A DNA stretch of 64,000 nucleotides from positions 56,309 to 120,308 of the forward strand of contig CAXHAT010000002.1 of NCBI GenBank assembly GCA_964014485.1. Reading direction: 5' to 3'. A model generated the notes under the pieces. It saw only the letters and a list, made by a program, of their open reading frames with translations, was not told the DNA's origin and did not search any database. Each line of letters opens with the position of its first letter. Position 1 is the first letter of the stretch. Below are positions 49,275 to 57,798 of the stretch, piece by piece. The position numbers and the translations under genes were made by a program. Source of the DNA: an uncultured Deferribacteres bacterium. GTDB lineage: Bacteria; Zhuqueibacterota; Zhuqueibacteria; Zhuqueibacterales; Geothermadaptataceae.

Positions 49275-50356
49275 TGTTTAACAGCGAAATCATCGCTTTT
49301 GACGCTTGTTTGAGAGACGAAAAACTCAGGGCAAAAATAAAAAAATTCTTGTTGGGTGCTCAAGGCGCAACGGTTTTTCACACGCCGGAATGGCTGGCGA
49401 CGGTCAGCAAGGCGGGGAAGAAGAACGGGTTCTATGTTTTGACCTCCAGCAAAAATGAGCTTGCCGCAGTGACGCCTTTTTTCGAATTTGAAGCGCCCGC
49501 CGGCGTCGATTTATTCAGCGGCTTCGCACCTTTCGAGACGATTTACGGAGGCCCAGCGATTTACCCCGAATTCCTTACAGCGGGTCAGGATGTACTGAGA
49601 TCGGTGAAAAAAACGCTCGCCGGCGCGTTCAAAATTTCACGCATGTTTTGGTATCCTGCTAATCGCGAATCTGAAGGCTTTTTTCTCGGAAACGGCTTTC
49701 AAAAGGAGTTGATTTATCAAACGCCGGTCTGGGATATTTCAGCAGACAGCGAGGATTTATGGCAGTCGTTGCCTGCCAAAAGCGTACGTTATGAGATTCG
49801 TAAGGCGAGGAAACGACAGCCGGAGGTGCATGAAAATGAATTGTCGCACTTGCCGGAGTTTTATTCATTACTGAAGGCGATTTTTGAAAAAGCGGGAAAC
49901 ACGCCGCAATCTGAAGAATTCTACACTCAAATTTTCAAAGCGCTTTTGTCGGCAAAAAGTGACAATTCTCCTGAATGCGTGCTTTTTACGTCGCTGATTG
50001 ACGACGTGTTAGCCGGAGGCGTTTCCGGGCTGAGATTCGGCAAAACGCTTCATTATTTTGTTTCCGCAACAAGCTTTGAAGGACGAAGGGCGGGGCTTAA
50101 CGATTTTCTGCTCTGGAAGCTTGTTGAATGGGGCAAGCAAAACGGATGTACGCACTTTGACCTTCTTCGCGTCCCGATTGAAGGAGCGGCGTCGAACATG
50201 GAAGGCGTTCGGAAATTCAAGCTCAAGTATTGCAAAGCGCTTGAACCGTTGCATCTTTACAAAACCAAATCTGTTCGCGGCGTAATTGGTTCAGCCTATC
50301 GTCGTGTTCAGCGCCCGTTCAGCAAAGCCGCTCAATCAGTTGAAAAACTCGTTTAG
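49271..50356 (+). CDS. FemAB-like / GNAT-fold (Acetyltransf_6) protein
   Basis: ...SVRYEIRKARK..., a two-lobed size (361 aa) and ...LRFGKTLHYFVSATSFEGRRAGLNDFLLWKLVEWGKQNGCTHFDL are typical of FemAB-family / BioF2-like GNAT proteins. ATGA overlap with the upstream gene. Confidence 0.6.
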   Translation: MMFNSEIIAFDACLRDEKLRAKIKKFLLGAQGATVFHTPEWLATVSKAGKKNGFYVLTSSKNELAAVTPFFEFEAPAGVDLFSGFAPFETIYGGPAIYPEFLTAGQDVLRSVKKTLAGAFKISRMFWYPANRESEGFFLGNGFQKELIYQTPVWDISADSEDLWQSLPAKSVRYEIRKARKRQPEVHENELSHLPEFYSLLKAIFEKAGNTPQSEEFYTQIFKALLSAKSDNSPECVLFTSLIDDVLAGGVSGLRFGKTLHYFVSATSFEGRRAGLNDFLLWKLVEWGKQNGCTHFDLLRVPIEGAASNMEGVRKFKLKYCKALEPLHLYKTKSVRGVIGSAYRRVQRPFSKAAQSVEKLV

Positions 50357-50389
50357 CGTTTTTGAGTTATTTTTTGGCAAGACTTTTCA

Positions 50390-50432
50390 AACGCAGAGCC
50401 GCAAAGCTCTCCGAACTCCGCGGCTCTGCGTT
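50390..50432. repeat. Palindromic intergenic repeat, copy A (aacgcagagccgc ... gcggctctgcgtt)
   Basis: Perfect 13-bp arms at 50390-50402 and 50420-50432 with a 17-nt loop, immediately after the FemAB-like gene. Confidence 0.8.
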
Positions 50433-50443
50433 CTTTAACAACG

Positions 50444-51163
50444 TTGGAGGTTTGCCATGCGTGGTTCTGGCTTGTTCAGGTTGGGTTAAGGAAGTTGATT
50501 TTGCATAACAAAATTCAAGCGCTTTTTCGCCGGGCTGCGGCAAAAATTCCGACGCAAAACCTGAAACGCCTCTTGTTTGGTTTAGGCGGTGCAAAAATCG
50601 AGAACGAAGCTGTGCTGCACGCCGGGGCATTTGTTGGCTCCGGATGTGAAGTTGGCGAACGGGCTAACATTGGGTGCGACGCTTTTTTGGGGCAAAACGT
50701 GCTTGTCGGGAATGGTGCGATAGTCGGAGACGGCGCGAAACTGAACAATCTTGAATTGGGGGCAAACTCGCATATCGAAATGCGTATCGTATGCATCGGT
50801 GCGAGGCAAAAACAGATAAAAATTGGTCGGCATTGCTACATCGGCGTTGGCGCCCTGTTGGATCATTCAAGCAATATTTCGATTGGGGATTTTGTCCACA
50901 TCGCCGGGCCGGGGACGGCGCTGCATACGCATTCAAGTGTGAAAATGGCCTTGGAAGGCGTCGAATTCGACCAGGATCGACGTGAATACGGCGAGATCAA
51001 AATCGGCGATCATACGTGGATCGGGGGGCATGTGACGATTTATCCGGGGGTGACTATCGGTGATCACTGTGTGATTTTGCCGAACAGTGTTGTACACAAA
51101 GACGTTCCGCCTTACACCATGGCGGGCGGCGTTCCGATGAAATTTATCAAAAAAACGAATTAA
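50444..51163 (+). CDS. Left-handed beta-helix (hexapeptide-repeat) acyltransferase
   Basis: Hexapeptide periodicity: IGCDAFLGQNVLVGNGAIVGDGAKL, then IGDHTWIGGHVTIYPGVTIGDHCVILPNSVV.KDVPPYT.AGGVP. The start is uncertain: the TTG at 50444 lies just after the repeat, and in-frame TTGs at 50495/50501 are preceded by aaggaag. Confidence 0.8.
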   Translation: MEVCHAWFWLVQVGLRKLILHNKIQALFRRAAAKIPTQNLKRLLFGLGGAKIENEAVLHAGAFVGSGCEVGERANIGCDAFLGQNVLVGNGAIVGDGAKLNNLELGANSHIEMRIVCIGARQKQIKIGRHCYIGVGALLDHSSNISIGDFVHIAGPGTALHTHSSVKMALEGVEFDQDRREYGEIKIGDHTWIGGHVTIYPGVTIGDHCVILPNSVVHKDVPPYTMAGGVPMKFIKKTN

Positions 51164-51168
51164 TATAC

Positions 51169-52014
51169 ATGTGTGAAGTGACCATCCAGATCGTCAGCTA
51201 CAATTCTTGCGAACGTTTACGACAAACGCTTACAGCCGTGGTGGAAAATTGCGCGGACGTCAATCATGAAATCATCGTTGTTGATAACGCCAGTCAGGAC
51301 GACACGCTGGACATGCTGGCGGAACAATTTCCTGACGTGACAGTGATCGCAAATCCGAAGAACGTCTTTTTTAGTCCCGCGCATAACCAGGCGAGCCAAC
51401 AAGCGAACGGCGAATATCTTCTCATTCTGAATTCAGATATTACGCTGCCGCCGGGCGTTCTCAGAAAAATGGTCGATTATCTCAATACGCAAACTGATGC
51501 GGGTTGCTGTTCACCGCTTCTTGCCAATGAAGATGGTGTACAGACTTCTTATTGGAACGAGCGAACGCCCTGGCAGCTTGCGCGAATGCGAGCGCCTTTC
51601 GCAAACCTGCCCAAGCTGAAAAACGGCGTCTTCAATCCCCCGTTGGAAACCTCCGGATTTGGCGATGAAGAAGCCGGATTCACAGACATCGCTTCGGACG
51701 CTTGCCTGCTCATCCGAAAAGAGTTGTTTGAGAGAATCGGCAAATATGATGAACGGATGCAGATGTATTTCACGGAAGATGATATTTGCCTGCGTGTTCG
51801 TGCGCACAACTACAAGGTTGCTGTACTGAAATCGGTTCAGGTTTTTCATGAAGGCGGGCACTCGACGCGAAAAGTGAAAAAACTTTCGATTGTCGATATC
51901 GAGCGTAAGGATCAATACATTTATTTTTTAAAACACCGAGGCCGCAAAGACGCCATGCAATCTTTTGTGTATGGATGGCTAGAAAGGATATGCGTTCTCG
52001 CGGCGGGGAAATAA
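51169..52014 (+). CDS. Glycosyltransferase family 2
   Basis: TIQIVSYNSCERL...IIVVDNASQDDT...LILNSDI... (DxD-type) and ...FTEDDICLR. Confidence 0.85.
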   Translation: MCEVTIQIVSYNSCERLRQTLTAVVENCADVNHEIIVVDNASQDDTLDMLAEQFPDVTVIANPKNVFFSPAHNQASQQANGEYLLILNSDITLPPGVLRKMVDYLNTQTDAGCCSPLLANEDGVQTSYWNERTPWQLARMRAPFANLPKLKNGVFNPPLETSGFGDEEAGFTDIASDACLLIRKELFERIGKYDERMQMYFTEDDICLRVRAHNYKVAVLKSVQVFHEGGHSTRKVKKLSIVDIERKDQYIYFLKHRGRKDAMQSFVYGWLERICVLAAGK

Positions 52015-52042
52015 CGATTTAGATTGAGTTGTAAACACCTTC

Positions 52043-53356
52043 ATGACAGTCTCTTATAAACGCATATTTATCTATATAGCACTATTTTTTTCCTATAAGC
52101 TTCTGTGGCTTGGGTATAGCGTGGCCGTTCCCTTTACCAACGATCCGGCGGATTTTGTCCTGCTCGGGGGCATGGGGATGTTGATTTTAGCGCTGCCGAT
52201 CAAAAGAGGTTTGATTAGCGCTGCTCTCTCGCGCCCGTTTTCAAAAATGCTGGCGCCGTTGATTATTTTTCTCATAATCAACATCTCGATGGCCGTTTCC
52301 GAGCAGGGCGTCCGTCTGACGTTTCTTTCAAATCGCGGCTGGCTCTATATCATTTTTCTCTTTGTGGGCTATTTAATCATTACGCCAAATTTCCGTCTCA
52401 ATGATCTCATCGAGGTTTTTCGAAAGTTTTCTTTTTTTGCATCACTAAGCGCATTGTTTTATAGCCTGACCGCAAATCCGGGCGATGTTACACGTCTTTA
52501 TTTTCCCCTGGTGAGCAATCTCACAGCAATATTCCTTATTTTTAATTTTCTCGTTTATGCACAAACGAAAAAAACTTCGGCGCTGTACCATGTTCTTTTA
52601 CATGTTATTGTCAGCATCCTGTCTTTTTCACGCTCATGGTGGGTGACTATCGTGCTAATTTCCTGTATTGCCTTCTTGGGTATGGGAAAAGGTTCTACAA
52701 AGACGTTTGTTCGACTCTCCGGGGTTTCTCTCTTTGTTCTTGCCGCGCTGCTGCTATTGACGGAAACAGACGAAGGAAAGCGCGCCGAAAGCCTGTTTGT
52801 AGATCGTTATGAAAGCGGCCTTGAAAACATAGCGACAAACACAGGGACCTATCAGCACAGATTGCTCATGTTAATGGACGCCTATGATTATGTTACAGAT
52901 CACCCTGACAAGATGACCATGTTTTTGGGCATAGGCATGCTGCACAGTGATTCGGCGCTTTCCAGAAGTCTTATTGGGAGAGGGCGATCATTCGGATACA
53001 CCGGCAGGGGGGCGCTTTTTGAATGTGCATACGCCAACTATTTGCTCGGCGGAGGCTTTCTTGGACTCGCGTTAATTATGAGCACTTACATTCTGTTTTC
53101 CGTCTATATTTTTCGATATGGATCAAGAAAGCAAACGCTCAATTTGGAAACTAACGTGTTCTTGGTGTGTGTCGGCGCGTACTACTTGGCGTATATGGCG
53201 GCAATGTTTTTTGCCGCGAATATCGAGGGAGCGGCATTAGGACTATTATTGTTGGTGGCCGGAGCTTTGAAAAAGGAGAAATTTTTAGCGGATGCCGCAA
53301 AGAAGCATGAAGAGCCCGCTGGCGTAGACCCCAACCTTAGAGTGCTTCCAATCTAA
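52043..53356 (+). CDS. O-antigen polymerase/ligase-like (Wzy-type) integral membrane protein
   Basis: About 10-12 TM helices with one large polar loop (ETDEGKRAESLFVDRYESGLENIATNTGTYQHRLLM...). The position next to GT genes supports the call. Confidence 0.6.
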   Translation: MTVSYKRIFIYIALFFSYKLLWLGYSVAVPFTNDPADFVLLGGMGMLILALPIKRGLISAALSRPFSKMLAPLIIFLIINISMAVSEQGVRLTFLSNRGWLYIIFLFVGYLIITPNFRLNDLIEVFRKFSFFASLSALFYSLTANPGDVTRLYFPLVSNLTAIFLIFNFLVYAQTKKTSALYHVLLHVIVSILSFSRSWWVTIVLISCIAFLGMGKGSTKTFVRLSGVSLFVLAALLLLTETDEGKRAESLFVDRYESGLENIATNTGTYQHRLLMLMDAYDYVTDHPDKMTMFLGIGMLHSDSALSRSLIGRGRSFGYTGRGALFECAYANYLLGGGFLGLALIMSTYILFSVYIFRYGSRKQTLNLETNVFLVCVGAYYLAYMAAMFFAANIEGAALGLLLLVAGALKKEKFLADAAKKHEEPAGVDPNLRVLPI

Positions 53357-53404
53357 CCCTCGGTCAAATTTTCACAGTTTAAATAAAAACCACCAAATCA
53401 AATA

Positions 53405-54091
53405 TTGAAGATGTACAAGAGCATAACGGACAAATTTGTAGGCGTCCTTTTTTGCGGCGGACGCGGGACGCGGCTTGGCGAAATTGCGAAATTTGTTTCC
53501 AAATCTTTTGTTCCGATTTATGACCGACCGGTCTTTCGTTATGGCCTGGATTTGCTGGAAACGTGTTCAGCCATCGATGAAATCGTGATTCTGACAAACC
53601 CGGAAAATGATGAGAAACTGCGCAAGCTCGGTTATCAAACCATCATTCAGGATGACAAGCGCGTTAGCGATATGTTTACCGGCTGGCAGTTCGTTCGCGC
53701 CGTATTGAAGACCGAAAAACACGGCGTTCTCGTACCGAGTGACAATCTTGCGAATATCAATCTCGACCGCCTGATCGAAGTCTTCCTCGAAAAAAACGCC
53801 GATACCGCGTTCTCATTATTCGAAGTTGCTGATCACGAAAAACTGGCCGAAATGGGCGTTTTTGATCCTGAAACCAAATCTTATTTTTACAAACATCCCG
53901 CCCCGCCGACGCCTTTCGGAGTGGTTGCTCCTTTTATCATCCACAATGCAATCGAAGCGGCGCGAGGCGAAGAGATTATTGGAAACCCAAACGCTGCATG
54001 GCAAAAGCACGACGGTTATTGGTATGACGTCGGTGACTATGACAGTCTGGTGCAGGCAAGCAGTTTTATGCAGAAACGAATGAAGAAATGA
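53405..54091 (+). CDS. Sugar-phosphate nucleotidyltransferase-fold protein
   Basis: GVLFCGGRGTRLGEI matches the G-x-G-T-R-L signature. TTG start; an alternative ATG lies at 53411. Confidence 0.7.
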   Translation: MKMYKSITDKFVGVLFCGGRGTRLGEIAKFVSKSFVPIYDRPVFRYGLDLLETCSAIDEIVILTNPENDEKLRKLGYQTIIQDDKRVSDMFTGWQFVRAVLKTEKHGVLVPSDNLANINLDRLIEVFLEKNADTAFSLFEVADHEKLAEMGVFDPETKSYFYKHPAPPTPFGVVAPFIIHNAIEAARGEEIIGNPNAAWQKHDGYWYDVGDYDSLVQASSFMQKRMKK

Positions 54092-55236
54092 AGACAAAAC
54101 TTATAAACGTCGGGCTTTTGCTGGGAACAATTTCCCTTTTTGTCCTGCTTCTCGAGGTTTTCTTTCGCGTCACTCATCTCATGGGCGCGCGGCCGTCATG
54201 GTCAACGCCGGATCCGATGATCGGCTTTCGCTTTGTGCCAAACCACTCGTATTGGCATTTCAATGAAAACGATCACCCGATTTCCGGGAACATAAACAAT
54301 TTTGGCTGGCGGGATCACGATTGGACTCTTGAAAAACCTGACGGCGTTTATCGGGTTGCACTGCTTGGCGACAGTTTCATTGAAGCGTTGCAGGTTGAGT
54401 TGGATTCAACGTTTTTCCAGATTGCCGAAAGAAGCCTGAATGCGCTCTCCGGCAAGAAGATTGAATTCATGAACTTCGGACGCTCCGGCTTTACGCAGAG
54501 CGAGCAGCTCATCGTTTTGAAAGAAGACGTTCTGCAATTCTCGCCCGATCTTGTCATGCTGTTTTTTCTGCCCGGAAACGACGTTTCGGATATAAACAAG
54601 CAAACCGCTTCGGATCAGCTAAGGCCTTTTTATTCAATCGACGGCGAAAATCGTCTCGTGCTCAATACAGATTTTTCCGAGTCTCGTGAATACAAAATGA
54701 AAGCTCTTCTCAGCCCAATTAAAGAAAAATCCGCTTTGGCGTCGTTGATTGCGGAACGCTACACGATGATGCGAGCAGTGCAAAGGGCCGAGGAAATCAA
54801 CACGGAGCCTGCAGACGAAAAGCGAATTTCGGGCGTGCTGAGTCTTTGCACGAATCGGCCGGATTCAATTTACTTCCAGAATTATCTTTTGAACAAACGC
54901 TTGATCGAAGAGATCAACCGAACTTGCGTTCAAAATGATGTTGAATTCGTGCTGGTCGGCATAAATTCGGTTTATCACAAAGATGAAATAGTCGATCATC
55001 AAGCCATCGACCCAAGCTTTAAACCTGGTTTCTTTGACGACGATTTACGACACTTTTCAGCGGTGCAAGGATTTGATTTTGTGGGTCTGCAAAAACCTTT
55101 TGTCGGCTATTACGCTCGAACCGGAAAATCGTTAAACTGGGGACATTGGAACTATCAAGGCCATCGCTTGGTCGCCGAAGTTCTCTCGAAATATCTTTCG
55201 CAAAAACTCATGCAAGCTCCCGCGCTCGCAAACTAA
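54088..55236 (+). CDS. Membrane-anchored SGNH-like hydrolase/acyltransferase, copy 2
   Basis: N-terminal TM. Block I VALLGDSFIEAL. Same architecture as 48084..49274. ATGA overlap with the upstream gene. Confidence 0.6.
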   Translation: MKTKLINVGLLLGTISLFVLLLEVFFRVTHLMGARPSWSTPDPMIGFRFVPNHSYWHFNENDHPISGNINNFGWRDHDWTLEKPDGVYRVALLGDSFIEALQVELDSTFFQIAERSLNALSGKKIEFMNFGRSGFTQSEQLIVLKEDVLQFSPDLVMLFFLPGNDVSDINKQTASDQLRPFYSIDGENRLVLNTDFSESREYKMKALLSPIKEKSALASLIAERYTMMRAVQRAEEINTEPADEKRISGVLSLCTNRPDSIYFQNYLLNKRLIEEINRTCVQNDVEFVLVGINSVYHKDEIVDHQAIDPSFKPGFFDDDLRHFSAVQGFDFVGLQKPFVGYYARTGKSLNWGHWNYQGHRLVAEVLSKYLSQKLMQAPALAN

Positions 55237-55256
55237 ATTCCCTATAAAATTTCAAA

Positions 55257-56348
55257 ATGAACATCGTTCATGTTCTCGATGCGCTGAATATCGGCGGTAC
55301 GGAGCAACTGGTTTTGAGTCTTTGCCGCGCCGCTGCGCAGAATGATCTAAACATGACGCTCGTCGCGACTGGTGACGGTGAACTGGAATCCGAATTCAGT
55401 AATTCCGGCGTTAACTTTGTTCGCCTAAACCGCCGGAAACCGCTGGATTGGCGGCTCGTTTCAAAGCTGCGTGAAATTCTCGCCGATGCTCAGGCTGAAG
55501 TCATTCATTGTCACCAGCCGGTGGAAGGCCTACACGCCTGGCTGGCGGCGCGAAAAATGAAAACCAAAAAAGTGCTCACCCATCATGCCTATCACGCGGA
55601 TCAAAAAAACGAACTGGCAAAACGTTTTTTGATCCCGCGAATGGACGCCAATATTTCCGTTAGCATAGGGATGCAGAGCAAGCTGGCGCAACGCCAAAAA
55701 ATCGGCTCGAATTTCCACGTTATCTATAACGGCGTCTCCCCTGAAGACTATCCGCGAAGTCGTAAGAGTTTGAAACAGGAGTTAGGTTTAAGCGAAGGCG
55801 ATTTGCTGCTTGGCATGGTCGGTAACTTCTACTATGAAGCCAAAGACCAGATGACTGTCTGCAAGGCGCTGCCTGAAATTTTTCGCAGATTTCCAAACGT
55901 ACATTTCGCCTTTGTCGGCGCCAGATTTGAGCCGCGTGCATATCTTTACGATGATTGTGTTGACTTTTGCCGTCAGGCGAATATTTTGGATCGCGTGCAT
56001 TTTGTCGGGAAACGATCAGACGTCGCCGATATCCTCGAGTGTTTGGACGTGTTTGTGTTTTCTTCGATTGATGACACTTTCGGCATTGCCGCGATTGAAG
56101 CCATGCTCATGGGCGTGCCGACCATCGTCTCGGACATCCCGCCGTTGCTGGAAGTCTCTGACCATGGCAAATACGCCAGTGTTTTTGAATGCAAAAACGT
56201 TGAGCAACTTACGATAAAAATATCCGATTTGATTTCTTCTCCTGAAGACAGAAACAAGCTGGCCAAAGCAGGGAAAAAGTGGGCGATGAAAAATTTCAGC
56301 GTCGAAAATTATATTCGAAATTTAAAGAATTTGTATGCCGCACTCTAA
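55257..56348 (+). CDS. Glycosyltransferase family 4 (GT-B)
   Basis: MNIVHVLDALNIGGTEQ... and the C-terminal EX7E-type region DVFVFSSIDDTFGIAAIEAMLMGVPTIVSD. Confidence 0.85.
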   Translation: MNIVHVLDALNIGGTEQLVLSLCRAAAQNDLNMTLVATGDGELESEFSNSGVNFVRLNRRKPLDWRLVSKLREILADAQAEVIHCHQPVEGLHAWLAARKMKTKKVLTHHAYHADQKNELAKRFLIPRMDANISVSIGMQSKLAQRQKIGSNFHVIYNGVSPEDYPRSRKSLKQELGLSEGDLLLGMVGNFYYEAKDQMTVCKALPEIFRRFPNVHFAFVGARFEPRAYLYDDCVDFCRQANILDRVHFVGKRSDVADILECLDVFVFSSIDDTFGIAAIEAMLMGVPTIVSDIPPLLEVSDHGKYASVFECKNVEQLTIKISDLISSPEDRNKLAKAGKKWAMKNFSVENYIRNLKNLYAAL

Positions 56349-56871
56349 CGGAAAACTCGTTTGGCTGACCGGGCTTGCCGGTTCCGGGAAGACTACCATC
56401 GGGCGGGAAGTTTATAAGAATTTAAAGAACGGCGACGATAATGTCGTCTTTCTTGACGGCGACGGCATTCGGGAGATTTTTGGCAATGATTTGGGACATG
56501 ATCCCGAAGATCGCCTCAAAAACGCCTGGCGCATTGCGAAACTGTGTCGATTTCTCGTCGAGCAAGGACTCGTTGTCGTATGTTCAACGATGTCGCTCTA
56601 CAAAGAAATTCACGAATACAACCGAGAACTTGACGGGCGGTATTTCGAAGTGTATATTCACGCCCCTTTGGAAGAACTCGTGCGCCGCGACCAAAAAGGA
56701 CTTTATTCGCGTGCATTGAAAGGCGAGATCAATCATGTGGTTGGCGTCGATTTGCCGTTTGACAAGCCCGCGCAAAACCACATCGAAATCGATAACACGG
56801 AACTCAACCGGCTGGAAGACAAGGCGGAAAAAATTTTAGCGATGATTTGGGAGAAAAACAAAGCAGTATGA
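56335..56871 (+). CDS. cysC: Adenylylsulfate-kinase-fold P-loop kinase (CysC-like; candidate Cj1415-type CDP-amidate 3'-kinase)
   Basis: VWLTGLAGSGKTTIG (P-loop), FLDGDGIRE (LDGD), RDQKGLYSRALKGEI..VVGVD.PF..P. The canonical (A/S)FISP segment is replaced by CSTMSL. Confidence 0.8.
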   Translation: MPHSNGKLVWLTGLAGSGKTTIGREVYKNLKNGDDNVVFLDGDGIREIFGNDLGHDPEDRLKNAWRIAKLCRFLVEQGLVVVCSTMSLYKEIHEYNRELDGRYFEVYIHAPLEELVRRDQKGLYSRALKGEINHVVGVDLPFDKPAQNHIEIDNTELNRLEDKAEKILAMIWEKNKAV

Positions 56872-57644
56872 AACAAGGCGATTTTACGGAACTGGCGAAA
56901 CACTACGGCAACCGCCCAGCTTACAGCGAGCGGATTCTAAATGCGATTTTGAAAATTCAAGATTTTGAAAAAAAGCAAGATTTCCGCGTCGTGGAAATTG
57001 GCGCCGGGACGGGAAAGCTGACCCGGATGCTTCTGGAAATGGGTTTAAATGTTCTGGCCGTTGAGCCGAACGACGAAATGCGCGTTGAAGGCGAAAAATA
57101 CACAGCAGATTTGAATCCCGAAGCGTCGGGATGGCAAAAAGGCTCCGGTGAAGAGACCGGCATTGAAACCGGCGCCGCGGACTGGGCGGTGATGGCCTCG
57201 TCTTTTCATTGGACGGACCCAAATCGTTCCTTGCCGGAAATCGCGAGAATTCTTAAGCCGGGCGGTCATTTTACAGCAATTTGGAATCCGCGCAACATCG
57301 AAGCGTCGGAATTTCACATGCGTATCGAGCGAAAAATTTACGAGATCGCGCCGAATATTTCGCGCGTTTCCTCCGGTTCGAAAAAACACACGCAAGACTG
57401 GGCGCAAGTACTGACCTCGACCGCTCATTTCCAGGATGTGCTTTTCATGGAATGCGATCACATTGAAAAATGGCTGCCGTCGCGTTATCTTGGCGCATGG
57501 GAATCGGTCAATGACATTCAAGCCCAGGCAGGGCCGGAAAAATGGCAAGCGATTCTCAGCATGATCAAGGAAGAAATCGCCGAGCTCGATTTTGTTGAAA
57601 CGCCTTATAAAATGCGCGCCTGGACGGCTCGGAAAGTTTCGTAA
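56868..57644 (+). CDS. Class I SAM-dependent methyltransferase
   Basis: VVEIGAGTGKLT (motif I), VLAVEPNDEM, ILKPGGHFTAIW. The ATG overlaps the cysC-like stop (ATGA). The track TTG start at 56847 is less likely. Confidence 0.8.
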   Translation: MKQGDFTELAKHYGNRPAYSERILNAILKIQDFEKKQDFRVVEIGAGTGKLTRMLLEMGLNVLAVEPNDEMRVEGEKYTADLNPEASGWQKGSGEETGIETGAADWAVMASSFHWTDPNRSLPEIARILKPGGHFTAIWNPRNIEASEFHMRIERKIYEIAPNISRVSSGSKKHTQDWAQVLTSTAHFQDVLFMECDHIEKWLPSRYLGAWESVNDIQAQAGPEKWQAILSMIKEEIAELDFVETPYKMRAWTARKVS

Positions 57645-57658
57645 ACAATTACTAATCC

Positions 57659-57732
57659 CCTCGTTGTCATTCAGAAGGAATCTATGTTATCGAGCGCTCG
57701 ATAACATAGATTCCTTCTGAATGACAATGAGG
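57659..57732. repeat. 74-nt near-perfect loopless palindrome (GTCATTC...GAATGAC type)
   Basis: Pairing was checked base by base around the centre at 57695|57696. Of 37 positions, 36 are Watson-Crick and one is G:T (57663/57728). The arm reads cctcgttgtcattcagaaggaatctatgttatcgagc. Confidence 0.9.
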
Positions 57733-57798
57733 AGATAACTGCTTTTCTTATTCTCACATAAGCTGCAATTTGCACCCACGATTGACCAACAACCGGAA

